Assembly: GCA_045690015.1 (NCBI GenBank)
Contig: CP145877.1
Span: forward strand, 180,001 to 212,000
Source of the DNA: Candidatus Saccharimonadota bacterium
Lineage (GTDB): Bacteria; Pseudomonadota; Gammaproteobacteria; Enterobacterales; Enterobacteriaceae
DNA length: 32,000 nt
Direction of reading: 5' to 3'
Shown here: piece by piece, positions 29,187 to 32,000 of the stretch
How the letters are laid out: each line of letters begins with the position of its first letter
How positions within the stretch are numbered: the stretch's first letter is position 1
The notes under the pieces: generated by a model
The model's input: only the letters and a program-made list of their open reading frames with translations
The model's database searches: none
What the model was told of the DNA's origin: nothing
Made by a program: the position numbers and the translations under genes

Positions 29187-30149
29187 TTATAAAATCTTCT
29201 CCAAGATCTTTAGGATCTTATTGCATGCTAAATTAAGATCTTCATTATCAATCCAATAAGCATTTTTCCATTTACGTAACCAAGTTAACTGATGTTTAGC
29301 TAGATGACGTGTTGCATTAATTGATTTTTTAATCATTTCATCATAGTTTATTGTTCCTTCAATATAAGACCACATTTGACGATAACCAACACAACGAAGA
29401 GAAGGCATATTTTTATTTAAATCTCCTCTAGAAAATAATTTGTGAACCTCGTTTTCAAAACCATTATTTATCATTTCAAAAAAACGTTGTTCAATTGTAT
29501 GATACAATTTATATCTACATAAGGGATAAATCACAAATTGAATAATATCATATTCTAAATCATCCTCATTTTTTCTTCTCTTTAATGCGGTTAGAGTATC
29601 ACCAGAAATTAAACAAACTTCTATTGCTCTCAATATTCTTTGTCGATCATTACAATTTATTCGCTTAGCGGCGATTGGATCTAATTGATATAACTGTTGG
29701 TGAATATTTGTCCATCCTTGTTTAACAGCTTGTTTGTAAATATATTGACGTATCATAGAATTAGATGCAGGTAACGTTGATAATCCTTCAATTAATTTTT
29801 TAAAATAAAGCATGGAACCCCCTACCAATAAAGGTAGTCTACCTTGTTTAGTAATTTGTACCATTTCTTTTAGAGCATCTTTTCTGAACTCTGCAACTGA
29901 ATAAGTTTCTGATGGATCACGAATATTTAATAAACGGTGTGGAACTTCATAAAGTTCTTGAAATGAAGGTTTTGCAGTACCAATATTCATCTCTCTATAA
30001 ATCATAGCTGAGTCAACACTTATTACTTCTACTGGAACTAATTTGCTTAATTTCATGGTTAATTCTGTCTTTCCTGAAGCCGTAGGACCCATTAAAAAAA
30101 TGGCTTTAGGTAATTGAATTACTTTATTATATTGATTTTTTATCATCAT
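29187..30149 (-). CDS. miaA: tRNA dimethylallyltransferase
   Basis: 320 aa. [16 protein letters not shown] (P-loop), [27 protein letters not shown] and [12 protein letters not shown] match E. coli MiaA. Its start overlaps the mutL 3' end by 23 nt. Confidence 0.95.
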   Translation of the reverse strand: MMIKNQYNKVIQLPKAIFLMGPTASGKTELTMKLSKLVPVEVISVDSAMIYREMNIGTAKPSFQELYEVPHRLLNIRDPSETYSVAEFRKDALKEMVQITKQGRLPLLVGGSMLYFKKLIEGLSTLPASNSMIRQYIYKQAVKQGWTNIHQQLYQLDPIAAKRINCNDRQRILRAIEVCLISGDTLTALKRRKNEDDLEYDIIQFVIYPLCRYKLYHTIEQRFFEMINNGFENEVHKLFSRGDLNKNMPSLRCVGYRQMWSYIEGTINYDEMIKKSINATRHLAKHQLTWLRKWKNAYWIDNEDLNLACNKILKILEKIL

Positions 30150-31788
30150 GATTTTTTAGTGCGCTTAATGCTGAATGAATATCAAGACGTTGTAAAAGAT
30201 CTCTAGGGGGTGAACAGATTAAATCTGGACAAAAATTTGCTAAATCGTAAAATAAATCCATAGCTTGTGATATATTCCATTCTTTTGGTTCATGTATATC
30301 TTTTCTCAAAAAATTTAGAATTTTCGTTTCTGAGATCTCCGATAAGGTTGAAAGATAACTTAAAAGTGCATAAAAGATATCGTACAATTTTTGATAACGC
30401 AATATTAAAGGAACTGAACGAACGACTAATAAATTATCATCTATTACTAAGTGAATTCCAAGTTTTTGAAATAAATAATTATTATTAATAATTTTAAAGA
30501 TGGTTTGTTTTTTTATATTAAAACGTAATGGAATTAATAAGGGATAAGATTTTAATCCCATATTGGATTGAAGTTGGATGAGATTCAAATATCTCTGAGC
30601 TACAGACAATGCAATAAGTACGAGTCCTCGTTTATCTTCTACTAATGCAATATCTTTTTTTAGGATACTTAGTACCTTGCCAAAATTTTGAATTTTATTC
30701 TGGTATGAATGCTTATATGATTCCAATTTTTCAGTATTTTTTAATATTGGCAGTTGATCCTGATTTTTGTCAAGGGTGAAATTTTGTTTCTTATATTCTT
30801 TAAATTTATTTACTAAACCTTGATAAATAAACTCATATATCAATCTAGACTTATAAAATCGTACATCATGTTTGGTAGGATGTACGTTGATATCTATTTC
30901 TTTTGGATTTATGTCTAAATATAAAATAAATTTCATTCGATCTTCGCCTAAAATGTCATGATATGCCTGACGGATTGCATGATGTACTAGTCTATTTTGC
31001 ACTATTCTTCCATTAACATAAAAATACTGCAAATAATTTGGAACACGTAATTCATTATTAGATAATACCCATCCATGTAATTTAATTCCTTCATTTTGCC
31101 AATTAATCATGCAGACATGAGACATAACCACATTTTTACAAAGATAAGCAATTCTCTGCTTGGGATCGAGATGATTTTTAACACAATTAAGATATTGTCG
31201 AATTAACTTTCCATTATGTGTAAGAGTAATTGAAACATCAAATCGTGCTAATGCTATACGACGTACTACTTCATCTATATGTAAAAATTCGGTTTTTTCA
31301 GTTTTTAGAAATTTTCGACGCGCTGGAGTATTATAAAATAAATCATATACTTCTGAAGTAGTACCAATAGGATGTGCTATCGGTATAAGTGTAATCTTTC
31401 GATCCTGCCATGGTATATATGCTTGCCATGCTTCGGTTTGATTTTTAGTTCTTGAGATTAATTTAAATCTTGATACTGAACTAATACTTGCTAATGCTTC
31501 ACCACGAAAACCAAAGCTAGTAATAAGATTTAAATCATCAAAAGTGGAAATTTTACTAGTAGTATGGTTATCTAATGCTAACCGCATTTCATTTTTATTA
31601 ATTCCACAACCATTATCACGAACACGGATTAATTGTACACCTCCTTTATTAATATCAATATTAATTGTGTTAGCTCCTGCATCTAAGCTGTTTTCTAAGA
31701 GTTCTTTTACTACTGAAGCAGGTCGTTCTACTACTTCTCCAGCCGCAATTTGATTGGTAATCTGTATAGGTAATTTTTGTATCGGCAT
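30127..31788 (-). CDS. mutL: DNA mismatch repair protein MutL
   Basis: 553 aa. [42 protein letters not shown] and [16 protein letters not shown] match the E. coli MutL GHKL ATPase domain. The C-terminal dimerisation region also aligns. The Pro/Gln-rich linker is much shorter than in the 615-aa E. coli protein. Confidence 0.93.
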   Translation of the reverse strand: MPIQKLPIQITNQIAAGEVVERPASVVKELLENSLDAGANTINIDINKGGVQLIRVRDNGCGINKNEMRLALDNHTTSKISTFDDLNLITSFGFRGEALASISSVSRFKLISRTKNQTEAWQAYIPWQDRKITLIPIAHPIGTTSEVYDLFYNTPARRKFLKTEKTEFLHIDEVVRRIALARFDVSITLTHNGKLIRQYLNCVKNHLDPKQRIAYLCKNVVMSHVCMINWQNEGIKLHGWVLSNNELRVPNYLQYFYVNGRIVQNRLVHHAIRQAYHDILGEDRMKFILYLDINPKEIDINVHPTKHDVRFYKSRLIYEFIYQGLVNKFKEYKKQNFTLDKNQDQLPILKNTEKLESYKHSYQNKIQNFGKVLSILKKDIALVEDKRGLVLIALSVAQRYLNLIQLQSNMGLKSYPLLIPLRFNIKKQTIFKIINNNYLFQKLGIHLVIDDNLLVVRSVPLILRYQKLYDIFYALLSYLSTLSEISETKILNFLRKDIHEPKEWNISQAMDLFYDLANFCPDLICSPPRDLLQRLDIHSALSALKNHDDKKSI

Positions 31789-31852
31789 GGTATTGATTAT
31801 TCCTCTTATGGTTTCATATTTGAGACTATAAGATTTTTTTGATTAAAAAACT

Positions 31853-32000
31853 TTATGGTATTATGAGAGTACGATTTTTACTTAAATATGATTTTATAGT
31901 TTTTTTTCCATTTTCAGAAATACCATATATTTCAGCATTATATGTTTTTAGATTATAATAATCTAAACGAACTTCAATATCCGCAACTGGTAATATGTCA
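31853..32000 (-). CDS. tsaE: tRNA t6A biosynthesis ATPase TsaE (YjeE), 3' end only, cut by window edge
   Basis: Not in the ORF track because it is too short. My translation of the minus strand from 31999 gives DILPVADIEVRLDYYNLKTYNAEIYGISENGKKTIKSYLSKNRTLIIP*. This aligns with the E. coli TsaE C-terminus (..[36 protein letters not shown]..). tsaE lies upstream of mutL in E. coli, with amiB between them. Confidence 0.55.
   Translation of the reverse strand, partial: DILPVADIEVRLDYYNLKTYNAEIYGISENGKKTIKSYLSKNRTLIIP

Noticed and set aside
21114-31753. Antisense ORFs inside the tip-subunit gene (21114-21383), hflK (27804-28028, 27982-28170) and mutL (30267-30488, 31544-31753)
   Set aside because: Same reasoning: nested antisense frames with no motifs or translation signals.

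Overview
This is a strongly AT-rich, tightly packed chromosomal segment. Gene content and very high similarity to E. coli orthologues (rpoD, rpsU, hfq, atpD and others) point to a genome-reduced Enterobacterales-type gammaproteobacterium, most likely a host-restricted symbiont. I cannot name the species, and I did not compute GC content or coding density. I call 28 CDS (two cut by the window edges), 2 tRNA genes and 2 tentative promoters. Most of the window is housekeeping: atpA(partial)-atpG-atpD-atpC, cca, tsaD, rpsU-dnaG-rpoD, tRNA-Ile2(CAU), tRNA-Leu(CAA), pepA, valS, gapA, sppA, mutH, ygdQ (TerC family), hflC-hflK-hfq-miaA-mutL and the 3' end of tsaE. These are fragments of several E. coli synteny blocks fused together. 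Genes have been deleted at their ancestral positions (hflX, holC, amiB) and some convergent genes are only 1-10 bp apart. Two elements are not housekeeping. (1) An intact six-gene archaic (sigma/Csu-type) chaperone-usher pilus operon at 20643-26384 on the minus strand: three SCPU pilins, a chaperone, an usher and a two-domain tip protein. It sits exactly at a synteny junction and has the same composition as the rest of the window. This is the most interesting feature here. (2) A secreted or lipoprotein HKD/phospholipase-D family nuclease of the Nuc type, between atpC and cca. I saw no CRISPR array, IS element, integrase, prophage or recognisable multi-gene defence system. All product calls come from reading the supplied translations against remembered family motifs and E. 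coli sequences; no database search was run.
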